From contig CM059432.1 of the NCBI GenBank assembly GCA_030390025.1, positions 15,874,001-15,938,000 of the forward strand: a stretch of DNA of 64,000 bases, in the 5' to 3' direction. A program made the position numbers and the translations under genes. A model generated the notes under the pieces. That model saw only the letters and a list, made by a program, of their open reading frames with translations. It made no database searches and was not told where the DNA came from. The DNA comes from Squalus acanthias (Eukaryota). Shown here piece by piece: positions 1 to 12,984 of the stretch; within the stretch, counting starts at the first letter, position 1, and every line of letters starts with the position of its first letter.

Positions 1-386
1 GTGGCATGTGTGACCGAGATAGCGAGTGTCAGTATTCATCAGAGGGAGGGGAATCACAGCTGAGTGCAGTCCCGTCCCAGCCGATATCCACAACTGTGCA
101 CTTTTCAGTGAGAGTCACAGGACCGCAATCTCCCCCCTTAGCTGGGAGCATTGAGTCCAGTTGTAGTGCCACTATCATACTGGTTGAGATTAGCTAACTG
201 TATAGGTTAGGGATCGACCTATGTGGTACTTCCTTGGTCTATGGCACTAAGCTGTTTCCAGTGGATTTACCCACTGAGCTTTCAGGGAGCCAGCAGAGAT
301 CTGTGTTGTGAAATGCAGTTGGATTGTATTTCGTGCCATGCTCAGGCCTAAGAAGCAACGACCTTTGTGTGTTTTCAGTACTTGCT

Positions 387-823
387 GTCAGCCGTGGCTC
401 AGTGGGCAGCACCCTCTCCCCTGAGTCCGAAGGTTGTGGGTTCAAGTCCCACTCCAGAGATTTCAGCACAAAAATTTGATTTGAGGGAGTGCTGCACTGT
501 CGGAGGTGCCGTCTTTCAGATGAGACGTTAAACCAAGGCCCCGTCTGCTCTCCCAGGTGGACGTAAAAGATCCCATGGCACTATTTCGAAGAAGAGCAGG
601 GAAGTTATCCCCGGTGTCCTGGCCAATATTTCTCCTTGAATCAACATCACTTAAAAAAAAACCAGATTATCTGGTCATTATCACATTGCTGTTTGTGGGA
701 CCTTGCTGTGCGCAAATTGGCTGCCACGTTTCCTACATTACAACAGTGACTACACTTCAAAAAGTACTTCATTGGCTGTAAAGTGTTTTGGGACATCCGG
801 TGGTTGTGAAAGGTGCTATATAA
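387..823 (+). mobile_element. tRNA-derived SINE (DeuSINE/SacSINE-like)
   Basis: A box TGGCTCAGTGG, B box GGTTCAAGTCC, core GGAGGTGCCGTCTTTCAGATGAGACGTTAAACC, tail ...GAAAGGTGCTATATAA; second copy at ~19415. Confidence 0.8.
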
Positions 824-959
824 GAGTATATGGAAATATGCCCTCTGTCGTAACAGAACTCCAATTGCAGGCCATTGTGACCACCCGTGTGGCATTCTGT
901 ATTGATAGTTTTCTTTTTCTTTTTGTTAAAATTGTTACTCTTGGTATCTGTGACTACAG

Positions 960-1123
960 TTTCTGGAGCAATACAGTGATCAGCTGGATTTGTGGAATGC
1001 TAAGATGAGGATGCACATTGACAAGCTGGTGATGGAAATGACACAAAAGAGTGTGCTCAGCCTTGTCTACAGGGCCGAGGACCATGCGGAGGAACTCAAT
1101 AAGCTTGCTAATCTGCTAAACAG
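960..1123 (+). CDS. LAMA1: Laminin alpha-1 coding exon (coiled coil; FLEQYSDQLDLWNAKMRMHIDKLVMEMTQKSVLSLVYRAEDHAEELNKLANLLN)
   Basis: cag| acceptor and |gtcagt donor; the LVYRAEDHA motif matches vertebrate LAMA1 as I recall it; phase 0 to 2 fits the next exon. Confidence 0.9.
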
Positions 1124-1545
1124 GTCAGTCTCTGTAAATGTGTCCTCTGCAGTAACAGAACTCCACTTGGCGGCCATCGTGACCACCTGCACGGCATTCT
1201 GTGTTGATAATTCGATGTATTGCATCGTCGTCAAGAAAATGCGGTCAGATTGGCAACATTTTGAAGCGTCATTTTGTTTCAGTCAAGAAACTGTTGTAAA
1301 TAAGGGTTTTTTTAAATATAGCGTTCTGGAGCTTTTTCAATCCTCAGAGCCCTGGTGTTGTAACAATGCAGATTCAAAACCCACAGCCATCACTGGATTC
1401 CTTGGGCCTAACCAATCAAATACATTGATTACATGCAAATCTTTAGATCAAAGCGCATCCCTTTCTAAATTTTTACAACTTTATACATGTATATTCTTAG
1501 TCATTGAAACAAAAGGTGCTAAACAAGTTTTCTTTCAGATCTTCT

Positions 1546-2425
1546 GGCCTGAATTTTAATACTTTGGCGGGTTGGGAGCGGGGGGGCTCGGGAGCAGGGG
1601 GGGCTCGGGAGCGGGGGGGGGGGGTCTCGGATGCGCTTGGGAGAACGGGTTTCCCCGCAGGCCCTGCCGAATTTAACGGCAGGGCCTGATTTGCATTTGA
1701 AACCTTTGCTTCCCGCCCGCAGCCAGCCAGATGGAGAGGCTGCTGCCAGCGGGCGGGTAGGCCTGTGGCACTAGGCCGCAGAGACAAGGGAGAAAGGGAT
1801 TGCGTGGCGGTCGGGGGATCATCACGTGGGGGCCAGAGTAGCATCGGGGGGGGCCAGGGACTGATCGGGGGGGTCGGAGGAGCATTGGGGGGGGGGGAGC
1901 CATGGGCGCATCGGGGGGCTGGGGGCTGTTCCGGGGGGGCCAGAGGCTCATCAAGTGGGGGCCGGAGGAGTATCCGGGGGGGGTGGGGGGCGGCCAGAGG
2001 AGCATGCGGTGGGGGCGGAGGCTGGGAAGGCGATTGGAGGCCTCGTGGGGGGAGGGGGTCTCCGATCGCGAGGGGTGGATTAGGCAGGGGCGCTGGATCC
2101 AGGAGGTAAGTGTAAAGGCACTTACCGCCCAGATCCAGCAGTCGTCTACTTCCATTAGCTGGCGGGTTTCACGAGGCCTGGGAAACACGACCAGCCACTG
2201 TTGAATTTAAAATGGTGGTTAAATCTGAGGCACACCAACCTGATTATAATATTTAAATAGACGACCCGCCTCCTGGGAGCGGATTGGCTGCCTGTCCCCT
2301 GTTCCGCCTCCATTAAACCGGAAGTGGGCGGGACGGGGGCGGGTTCTGGTCGAGATTTAGATTCTTAACACTTTGACAACCCACCCGACCCCAACCTACC
2401 CGTTTTTTTGGGTTAAAATTCCCCC
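1546..2425. mobile_element. GC-rich non-autonomous DNA element (putative Harbinger-type MITE)
   Basis: Ends GGCCTGAATTTTAA...TTAAAATTCCCC; no credible coding content; related ends recur across the window. Confidence 0.6.
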
Positions 2426-2771
2426 TGCATCCGAAAAGGTAAATGCTGCTGTACTGTTACACTTTGTATTTTTCCCTGGTCCCAGGCAAATAAATCCCAG
2501 CTTGACAGAGCTGCAGATTCTATTAACAAACTAGTTCTTAGCCAGACTACTGAATAAGAATGCCTTTTAGATGCAGAATGCCCCAGTTTGCAAGGGCAGG
2601 AGAATCTGCAGAGACCAGTTCTCATTCAGAGAGAGATGTGTACGGTCTAGACGGTCTCATCCTTTGGCTAAAATCGGAAGAAAATGAACAAGGACAAAGA
2701 GAAACGTAATTTTTGGTAGCGATGTTACAGCACCGTGCGAGCCAGTGCACTGAACTGTTTCCTGTCATTAG

Positions 2772-2910
2772 TTCCCTTTCAGCTGTAAGAAACATGTCTC
2801 TGAATGCCACAGTGGCTGTTAACACACACTCCAACATCCAGGCGCTGGTTGAAGAAGCCGCAGGTATTGCATCGGAAGCCAGGAGCAAAGCCAATGTTGC
2901 ATTAAAGTTG
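2772..2910 (+). CDS. LAMA1: LAMA1 exon (SLSAVRNMSLNAT...ANVALKL)
   Basis: tag| and |gtgagt; RNxSLNAT...NIQ motif; phase 2 to 0. Confidence 0.9.
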
Positions 2911-3305
2911 GTGAGTATTTTCTTATTGGAAATAGCTTAGCCAAGGCATAGTCTGATTCCGTACTCAAAGCTAACCGATTAAAAGTTGTTTCCTCTTTGG
3001 AGTGAATTGGTAAATGAGAGGATAAAGAACGTGTTTATGATTTCATTACAAAAAGCAGAGGAAAACTTCCCCAATAATCCCTCGTTCTCCAAATTCAGAC
3101 TGTTTTTATTTCTTCTTTCTGACGAGAACACATTAAGTCATGTCTCAAGAAGCTGACAGGGCCTCAGTTCTTTCTTTCATCTCTTTTAACCTGCACATCA
3201 TTTCAATGATGATAAAAGTCTACCATTGATACCTGAGCTCTATTCAGTGTCAGGTGTTTGTGGCACAATACAACTCGAAGGTGCAGGAGATCCACTGCAG
3301 TCCTA

Positions 3306-6300
3306 GAAAACATTAAACTGAGGTGGAGTGAGGAGAACATTAAACTGAGGTGGAGTGAGGAGAACATTACAATGAGATGGAGTGAGGAGAACATTACAAT
3401 GAAGTGGAGTGAGGAGAACATTACAATGAGATGGAGTGAGGAGAACATTAAACTGAGGTGGAGTGAGGAGAACATTAAACTGAGGTGGAGTGAGGAGAAC
3501 ATTAAACTGAGGTGGAGTGAGGAGAACATTAAACTGAGGTGGAGTGAGGAGAACATTACAATGAAGTGGAATGAGGAGAACATTACAATGAGATGGAGTG
3601 AGGAGAACATTAAACTGAGGTGGAGTGAGGAGAACATTACAATGAAGTGGAATGAGGAGAACATTACAATGAGATGGAGTGAGGAGAACATTAAACTGAG
3701 GTGGAGTGAGGAGAACATTACAATGAAGTGGAGTGAGGAGAACATTACAATGAAGTGGAATGAGGAGAACATTACACTGAGGTGGAGTGAGGAGAACATT
3801 ACAATGAAGTGGAATGAGGAGAAAATTACACTGAGGTGGAGTGAGGGGAACATTAAACTGAGGTGGAGTGAGGAGAACATTACACTGAGGTGGAGTGAGG
3901 AGAACATTACAATGAGGTGGAGTGAGGAGAACATTAAACTGAGGTGGAGTGAGGAGAACATTACAATGAGGTGGAGTGAGGAGAACATTAAACTGAGATG
4001 GAGTGAGGAGAACATTACACTGAGGTGGAGTGAGGAGAACATTAAACTGAGGTGGAGTGAGGAGAACATTACAATGAGGTGGAGTGAGGAGAACATTAAA
4101 CTGAGATGGAGTGAGGAGAACATTACACTGAGGTGGAGTGAGGAGAACATTAAACTGAGATGGAGTGAGGAGAACATTACAATGAGGTGGAGTGAGGAGA
4201 ACATTAAACTGAGGTGGAGTGAGGAAAACATTAAACTGAGGTGGAGTGAGGAGAACATTAAACTGAGGTGGAGTGAGGAAAACATTAAACTGAGGTGGAG
4301 TGAGGGGAACATTACAATGAGGTGGAGTGAGGAGAACATTAAACTGAGGTGGAGTGAGGAGAACATTACAATGAGGTGGAGTGAGGAGAACATTAAACTG
4401 AGGTGGAGTGAGGAGAACATTAAACTGAGGTGGAGTGAGGAGAACATTAAACTGAGGTGGAGTGAGGAAAACATTAAACTGAGGTGGAGTGAGGAGAACA
4501 TTACAATGAGGTGGAGTGAGGAGAACATTAAACTGAGGTGGAGTGAGGAAAACATTAAACTGAGGTGGAGTGAGGAGAACATTAAACTGAGGTGGAGTGA
4601 GGAGAACATTAAACTGAGGTGGAGTGAGGAGAACATTAAACTGAGGTGGAGTGAGGAGAACATTAAACTGAGGTGGAGTGAGGAGAACATTAAACTGAGG
4701 TGGAGTGAGGAGAACATTAAACTGAGGTGGAGTGAGGAAAACATTAAACTGAGGTGGAGTGAGGAAAACATTAAACTGAGGTGGAGTGAGGAGAACATTA
4801 AACTGAGGTGGAGTGAGGAGAACATTAAACTGAGGTGGAGTGAGGAGAACATTACAATGAGGTGGAGTGAGGAGAACATTAAACTGAGGTGGAGTGAGGA
4901 GAACATTACAATGAGGTGGAGTGAGGAAAACATTAAACTGAGGTGGAGTGAGGAGAACATTAAACTGAGGTGGAGTGAGGAAAACATTAAACTGAGGTGG
5001 AGTGAGGAGAACATTAAACTGAGGTGGAGTGAGGAGAACATTACAATGAGGTGGAGTGAGGAGAACATTACAATGAGGTGGAGTGAGGAAAACATTAAAC
5101 TGAGGTGGAGTGAGGAGAACATTACAATGAGGTGGAGTGAGGAGAACATTACAATGAGGTGGAGTGAGGAAACATTAAACTGAGGTGGAGTGAGGAGAAC
5201 ATTAAACTGAGGTGGAGTGAGGAGAACATTACAATGAGGTGGAGTGAGGAGAACATTACAATGAGGTGGAGTGAGGAAAACATTAAACTGAGGTGGAGTG
5301 AGGAGAACATTACAATGAGGTGGAGTGAGGAGAACATTACAATGAGGTGGAGTGAGGAGAACATTAAACTGAGGTGGAGTGAGGAAAACATTAAACTGAG
5401 GTGGAGTGAGGAAAACATTAAACTGAGGTGGAGTGAGGAGAACATTAAACTGAGGTGGAGTGAGGAGAACATTAAACTGAGGTGGAGTGAGGAGAACATT
5501 AAACTGAGGTGGAGTGAGGAGAACATTAAACTGAGGTGGAGTGAGGAAAACATTAAACTGAGGTGGAGTGAGGAAAACATTAAACTGAGGTGGAGTGAGG
5601 AGAACATTAAACTGAGGTGGAGTGAGGAGAACATTAAACTGAGGTGGAGTGAGGAGAACATTACAATGAGGTGGAGTGAGGAGAACATTAAACTGAGATG
5701 GAGTGAGGAGAACATTACAATGAGGTGGAGTGAGGAGAACATTACAATGAGGTGGAGTGAGGAGAACATTACAATGAGGTGGAGTGAGGAGAACATTACA
5801 ATGAGGTGGAGTGAGGAGAACATTACAATGAGGTGGAGTGAGGAGAACATTAAACTGAGGTGGAGTGAGGAGAACATTACAATGAGGTGGAGTGAGGAAA
5901 CATTAAACTGAGGTGGAGTGAGGAGAACATTACAATGAGGTGGAGTGAGGAGAACATTACAATGAGGTGGAGTGAGGAGAACATTACAATGAGGTGGAGT
6001 GAGGAGAACATTACAATGAGGTGGAGTGAGGAGAACATTAAACTGAGATGGAGTGAGGAGAACATTAAACTGAGGTGGAGTGAGGAGAACATTAAACTGA
6101 GGTGGAGTGAGGAGAACATTACAATGAGATGGAGTGAGGAGAACATTACAATGAGGTGGAGTGAGGAGAACATTAAACTGAGATGGAGTGAGGAGAACAT
6201 TACAATGAGGTGGAGTGAGGAGAACATTAAACTGAGGTGGAGTGAGGAGAACATTACAATGAGGTGGAGTGAGGAGAACATTAAACTGAGGTGGAGTGAG

Positions 6301-9300
6301 GAGAACATTACAATGAGATGGAGTGAGGAGAACATTAAACTGAGGTGGAGTGAGGAGAACATTAAACTGAGGTGGAGTGAGGAGAACATTAAACTGAGGT
6401 GGAGTGAGGAGAACATTAAACTGAGGTGGAGTGAGGAGAACATTACAATGAGATGGAGTGAGGAGAACATTAAACTGAGGTGGAGTGAGGAGAACATTAC
6501 AATGAGGTGGAGTGAGGAGAACATTAAACTGAGGTGGAGTGAGGAGAACATTACAATGAGGTGGAGTGAGGAGAACATTAAACTGAGGTGGAGTGAGGAG
6601 AACATTACAATGAGGTGGAGTGAGGAAAACATTACAGTGAGATGGAGTGAGGAGAACATTAAACTGAGGTGGAGTGAGGAGAACATTAAACTGAGATGGA
6701 GTGAGGAGAACATTACACTGAGGTGGAGTGAGGAGAACATTAAACTGAGGTGGAGTGAGGAGAACATTAAACTGAGGTGGAGTGAGGAAAACATTAAACT
6801 GAGGTGGAGTGAGGAGAACATTACAATGAGGTGGAGTGAGGAGAACATTAAACTGAGGTGGAGTGAGGAAACATTAAACTGAGGTGGAGTGAGGAGAACA
6901 TTAAACTGAGGTGGAGTGAGGAGAACATTAAACTGAGGTGGAGTGAGGAAAACATTAAACTGAGGTGGAGTGAGGAAACATTAAACTGAGGTGGAGTGAG
7001 GAGAACATTAAACTGAGGTGGAGTGAGGAAAACATTAAACTGAGGTGGAGTGAGGAAAACATTAAACTGAGGTGGAGTGAGGAGAACATTAAACTGAGGT
7101 GGAGTGAGGAGAACATTAAACTGAGGTGGAGTGAGGAGAACATTACAATGAGGTGGAGTGAGGAGAACATTAAACTGAGGTGGAGTGAGGAGAACATTAA
7201 ACTGAGGTGGAGTGAGGAAACATTAAACTGAGGTGGAGTGAGGAAAACATTAAACTGAGGTGGAGTGAGGAGAACATTAAACTGAGGTGGAGTGAGGAGA
7301 ACATTAAACTGAGGTGGAGTGAGGAGAACATTACAATGAGGTGGAGTGAGGAGAACATTACAATGAGGTGGAGTGAGGAGAACATTAAACTGAGGTGGAG
7401 TGAGGAGAACATTAAACTGAGGTGGAGTGAGGAAAACATTAAACTGAGGTGGAGTGAGGAGAACATTACAATGAGGTGGAGTGAGGAGAACATTACAATG
7501 AGGTGGAGTGAGGAGAACATTAAACTGAGATGGAGTGAGGAGAACATTACAATGAGGTGGAGTGAGGAGAACATTACAATGAGGTGGAGTGAGGAGAACA
7601 TTACAATGAGGTGGAGTGAGGAGAACATTAAACTGAGATGGAGTGAGGAGAACATTAAACTGAGGTGGAGTGAGGAAACATTAAACTGAGGTGGAGTGAG
7701 GAGAACATTAAACTGAGGTGGAGTGAGGAGAACATTAAACTGAGGTGGAGTGAGGAGAACATTAAACTGAGGTGGAGTGAGGAGAACATTAAACTGAGGT
7801 GGAGTGAGGAGAACATTAAACTGAGATGGAGTGAGGAGAACATTACAATGAGATGGAGTGAGGAGAACATTACAATGAGGTGGAGTGAGGAGAACATTAA
7901 ACTGAGATGGAGTGAGGAGAACATTACAATGAGGTGGAGTGAGGAGAACATTACAATGAGGTGGAGTGAGGAGAACATTAAACTGAGGTGGAGTGAGGAG
8001 AACATTACAATGAGGTGGAGTGAGGAGAACATTAAACTGAGGTGGAGTGAGGAGAACATTAAACTGAGGTGGAGTGAGGAGAACATTAAACTGAGGTGGA
8101 GTGAGGAGAACATTACAATGAGGTGGAGTGAGGAGAACATTAAACTGAGGTGGAGTGAGGAGAACATTAAACTGAGATGGAGTGAGGAGAACATTACAAT
8201 GAGGTGGAGTGAGGAAAACATTAAACTGAGGTGGAGTGAGGAGAACATTACAATGAGGTGGAGTGAGGAAACATTAAACTGAGGTGGAGTGAGGAGAACA
8301 TTAAACTGAGGTGGAGTGAGGAGAACATTACAATGAGGTGGAGTGAGGAAACATTAAACTGAGGTGGAGTGAGGAGAACATTACAATGAGGTGGAGTGAG
8401 GAGAACATTACAATGAGGTGGAGTGAGGAGAACATTAAACTGAGGTGGAGTGAGGAAAACATTAAACTGAGGTGGAGTGAGGAGAACATTACAATGAGAT
8501 GGAGTGAGGAAAACATTAAACTGAGGTGGAGTGAGGAGAACATTAAACTGAGGTGGAGTGAGGAGAACATTAAACTGAGGTGGAGTGAGGAGAACATTAA
8601 ACTGAGGTGGAGTGAGGAGAACATTAAACTGAGGTGGAGTGAGGAAAACATTAAACTGAGGTGGAGTGAGGAGAACATTAAACTGAGGTGGAGTGAGGAG
8701 AACATTAAACTGAGGTGGAGTGAGGAGAACATTACAATGAGGTGGAGTGAGGAGAACATTAAACTGAGATGGAGTGAGGAGAACATTACAATGAGGTGGA
8801 GTGAGGAAAACATTAAACTGAGGTGGAGTGAGGAGAACATTACAATGAGGTGGAGTGAGGAAAACATTAAACTGAGGTGGAGTGAGGAGAACATTACAAT
8901 GAGGTGGAGTGAGGAGAACATTACAATGAGGTGGAGTGAGGAGAACATTACAATGAGGTGGAGTGAGGAGAACATTACAATGAGGTGGAGTGAGGAGAAC
9001 ATTAAACTGAGATGGAGTGAGGAGAACATTAAACTGAGGTGGAGTGAGGAGAACATTAAACTGAGGTGGAGTGAGGAGAACATTACAATGAGATGGAGTG
9101 AGGAGAACATTACAATGAGGTGGAGTGAGGAGAACATTAAACTGAGATGGAGTGAGGAGAACATTACAATGAGGTGGAGTGAGGAGAACATTAAACTGAG
9201 GTGGAGTGAGGAGAACATTACAATGAGGTGGAGTGAGGAGAACATTAAACTGAGGTGGAGTGAGGAGAACATTACAATGAGATGGAGTGAGGAGAACATT

Positions 9301-12189
9301 AAACTGAGGTGGAGTGAGGAGAACATTAAACTGAGGTGGAGTGAGGAGAACATTAAACTGAGGTGGAGTGAGGAGAACATTAAACTGAGGTGGAGTGAGG
9401 AGAACATTACAATGAGATGGAGTGAGGAGAACATTAAACTGAGGTGGAGTGAGGAGAACATTACAATGAGGTGGAGTGAGGAGAACATTAAACTGAGGTG
9501 GAGTGAGGAGAACATTACAATGAGGTGGAGTGAGGAGAACATTAAACTGAGGTGGAGTGAGGAGAACATTACAATGAGGTGGAGTGAGGAAAACATTACA
9601 GTGAGATGGAGTGAGGAGAACATTAAACTGAGGTGGAGTGAGGAGAACATTAAACTGAGATGGAGTGAGGAGAACATTACACTGAGGTGGAGTGAGGAGA
9701 ACATTAAACTGAGGTGGAGTGAGGAGAACATTAAACTGAGGTGGAGTGAGGAAAACATTAAACTGAGGTGGAGTGAGGAGAACATTACAATGAGGTGGAG
9801 TGAGGAGAACATTACAATGAGGTGGAGTGAGGAGAACATTACAATGAGGTGGAGTGAGGAGAACATTAAACTGAGGTGGAGTGAGGAAAACATTAAACTG
9901 AGGTGGAGTGAGGAGAACATTAAACTGAGGTGGAGTGAGGAGAACATTAAACTGAGGTGGAGTGAGGAAAACATTAAACTGAGGTGGAGTGAGGAAAACA
10001 TTAAACTGAGGTGGAGTGAGGAGAACATTAAACTGAGGTGGAGTGAGGAAAACATTAAACTGAGGTGGAGTGAGGAAAACATTAAACTGAGGTGGAGTGA
10101 GGAGAACATTAAACTGAGGTGGAGTGAGGAGAACATTAAACTGAGGTGGAGTGAGGAGAACATTACAATGAGGTGGAGTGAGGAGAACATTAAACTGAGG
10201 TGGAGTGAGGAGAACATTAAACTGAGGTGGAGTGAGGAAAACATTAAACTGAGGTGGAGTGAGGAAAACATTAAACTGAGGTGGAGTGAGGAGAACATTA
10301 AACTGAGGTGGAGTGAGGAGAACATTAAACTGAGGTGGAGTGAGGAGAACATTACAATGAGGTGGAGTGAGGAGAACATTAAACTGAGGTGGAGTGAGGA
10401 GAACATTAAACTGAGGTGGAGTGAGGAAAACATTAAACTGAGGTGGAGTGAGGAGAACATTACAATGAGGTGGAGTGAGGAGAACATTACAATGAGGTGG
10501 AGTGAGGAGAACATTAAACTGAGATGGAGTGAGGAGAACATTACAATGAGGTGGAGTGAGGAGAACATTACAATGAGGTGGAGTGAGGAGAACATTACAA
10601 TGAGGTGGAGTGAGGAGAACATTAAACTGAGATGGAGTGAGGAGAACATTAAACTGAGGTGGAGTGAGGAAAACATTAAACTGAGGTGGAGTGAGGAGAA
10701 CATTAAACTGAGGTGGAGTGAGGAGAACATTAAACTGAGGTGGAGTGAGGAGAACATTAAACTGAGATGGAGTGAGGAGAACATTACAATGAGATGGAGT
10801 GAGGAGAACATTACAATGAGGTGGAGTGAGGAGAACATTAAACTGAGATGGAGTGAGGAGAACATTACAATGAGGTGGAGTGAGGAGAACATTACAATGA
10901 GGTGGAGTGAGGAGAACATTAAACTGAGGTGGAGTGAGGAGAACATTACAATGAGGTGGAGTGAGGAGAACATTAAACTGAGGTGGAGTGAGGAGAACAT
11001 TAAACTGAGGTGGAGTGAGGAGAACATTAAACTGAGGTGGAGTGAGGAGAACATTACAATGAGGTGGAGTGAGGAGAACATTAAACTGAGGTGGAGTGAG
11101 GAGAACATTAAACTGAGATGGAGTGAGGAGAACATTACAATGAGGTGGAGTGAGGAGAACATTACAATGAGATGGAGTGAGGAGAACATTAAACTGAGGT
11201 GGAGTGAGGAGAACATTAAACTGAGGTGGAGTGAGGAGAACATTAAACTGAGGTGGAGTGAGGAGAACATTAAACTGAGGTGGAGTGAGGAGAACATTAA
11301 ACTGAGGTGGAGTGAGGAGAACATTACAATGAGGTGGAGTGAGGAAAACATTACAATGAGGTGGAGTGAGGAGAACATTAAACTGAGGTGGAGTGAGGAG
11401 AACATTAAACTGAGGTGGAGTGAGGAGAACATTAAACTGAGGTGGAGTGAGGAGAACATTAAACTGAGGTGGAGTGAGGAGAACATTACAATGAGGTGGA
11501 GTGAGGAAAACATTAAACTGAGATGGAGTGAGGAGAACATTACAATGAGATGGAGTGAGGAGTACATTACAATGAGATGGAGTGAGGAGAACATTAAACT
11601 GAGGTGGAGTGAGGAGAACATTACAATGAGATGGAGTGAGGAGAACATTACAATGAGGTGGAGTGAGGAGAACATTACAATGAGATGGAGTGAGGAGAAC
11701 ATTACAATGAGATGGAGTGAGGAGAACATTACAATGAGGTGGAGTGAGGAGAACATTAAACGGAGGTGGAGTGAGGAGAACATTACAATGAGGTGGAGTG
11801 AGGAGAACATTACAATGAGGTGGAGTGAGGAGAACATTACAATGAGGTGGAGTGAGGAGAACATTAAACTGAGGTGGAGTGAGGAGAATATTAAACTGAG
11901 GTGGAGTGAGGAGAACATTACAATGAGGTGGAGTGAGAAGAACATTACAATGAGGTGGAGTGAGGAGAACATTACAATGAGGTGGAGTGAGGAGAACATT
12001 AAACTGAGGTGGAGTGAGGAGAATATTAAACTGAGGTGGAGTGAGGAGAACATTACAATGAGGTGGAGTGAGGAGAACATTACAATGAGGTGGAGTGAGG
12101 AGAACATTAAACTGAGGTGGAGTGAGGAGAATATTAAACTGAGGTGGAGTGAGGAGAACATTACAATGAGGTGGAGTGAGAAGAACATT
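3306..12189. repeat. Intronic 27-bp minisatellite, about 329 copies, GAGAACATT(AAACTG/ACAATG)AGGTGGAGTGAG
   Basis: Directly visible tandem array; copy number is length divided by 27. Confidence 0.99.
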
Positions 12190-12984
12190 TCTTGCGCTGG
12201 AGCAGTCATTGCAACTGCCACATTTGTTGGAAATGGTCTCTGAGACAATAAAGTTGCTTACTTGAAAAGAAAGTTCCCCTGTGTTGCTGAGGCACACAGT
12301 TGATCATTGATGGTTCAACTTTTTTGTTACTGGTCAAACATATGGTTTGAGCCTAGTTTGGTCTTCCATTGATCCAGCGTACTTTTATGGGACACTGCAG
12401 CCCTCATCGGTGTGCATTATATACAATACAAGTCTACAGTTTTACCAGGGATCATTTAATGGCACATAGGAACATAAATATTTGTAGGACTAGGGAAATG
12501 CCATTGTGACCATCAAGTCTGTCTCTTGTTTGATAGATCTCAATCCCATAAACCATCATATCCCTCATTCTCTTCTCTCTCTAGATACCCGTCTAGTTTT
12601 CTCTTTCTCTTAATCTTGTTTACACTGTCCTCTTCAATGTCCTTTCCTACACTATATTACAAGACCTCTTTAAATCATCATGAACTGTTGTACTATCTGC
12701 CTGGGTTTCACGCTGCTGATGTCTCTCCTCCAGAGCGAAGAAAAAGATCAATCAAATTATGAAGTGCAATTATATCAGTCCAGAAACGCCTTAAATATTA
12801 TATAAAAATGCACTTTCAAAATAACCGCAACAAATGCCAACAGCTATTATTGTACTCATTGTACATTATTTGTATTATTGGATGTCACAACTTAATGTAG
12901 GCTTTCAATGTGTGACTTTACTGCTTCAGATGTAATGGTTCCATGAATCTTGCACTGAATGTTGCCTTTGTATCATTTTACTAG

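Noticed and set aside
1..280. Old SINE-like sequence here and at ~30590-30800
   Set aside because: Probably a decayed repeat, but too diverged to set boundaries or family by eye.
387..460. tRNA genes here and at ~19415, ~39285 and ~41326
   Set aside because: The A/B boxes continue into SINE bodies and tails, with no complete cloverleaf.
1497..2204. Gly/Pro-rich ORFs here and at 13344-13731, 18552-18982 and 56983-57953
   Set aside because: These are low-complexity GC-rich MITE or repeat interiors with overlapping ORFs on both strands and no domain motifs.
3306..12189. CRISPR array
   Set aside because: There are no unique spacers, only a few recurring variants; the context is a eukaryotic intron with no cas genes.
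3203..12297. Very long ORFs (641-1349 aa) as protein-coding genes
   Set aside because: They follow from a stop-free 27-bp unit, are open on both strands and have no supported gene structure. Kept only as a low-probability finding.
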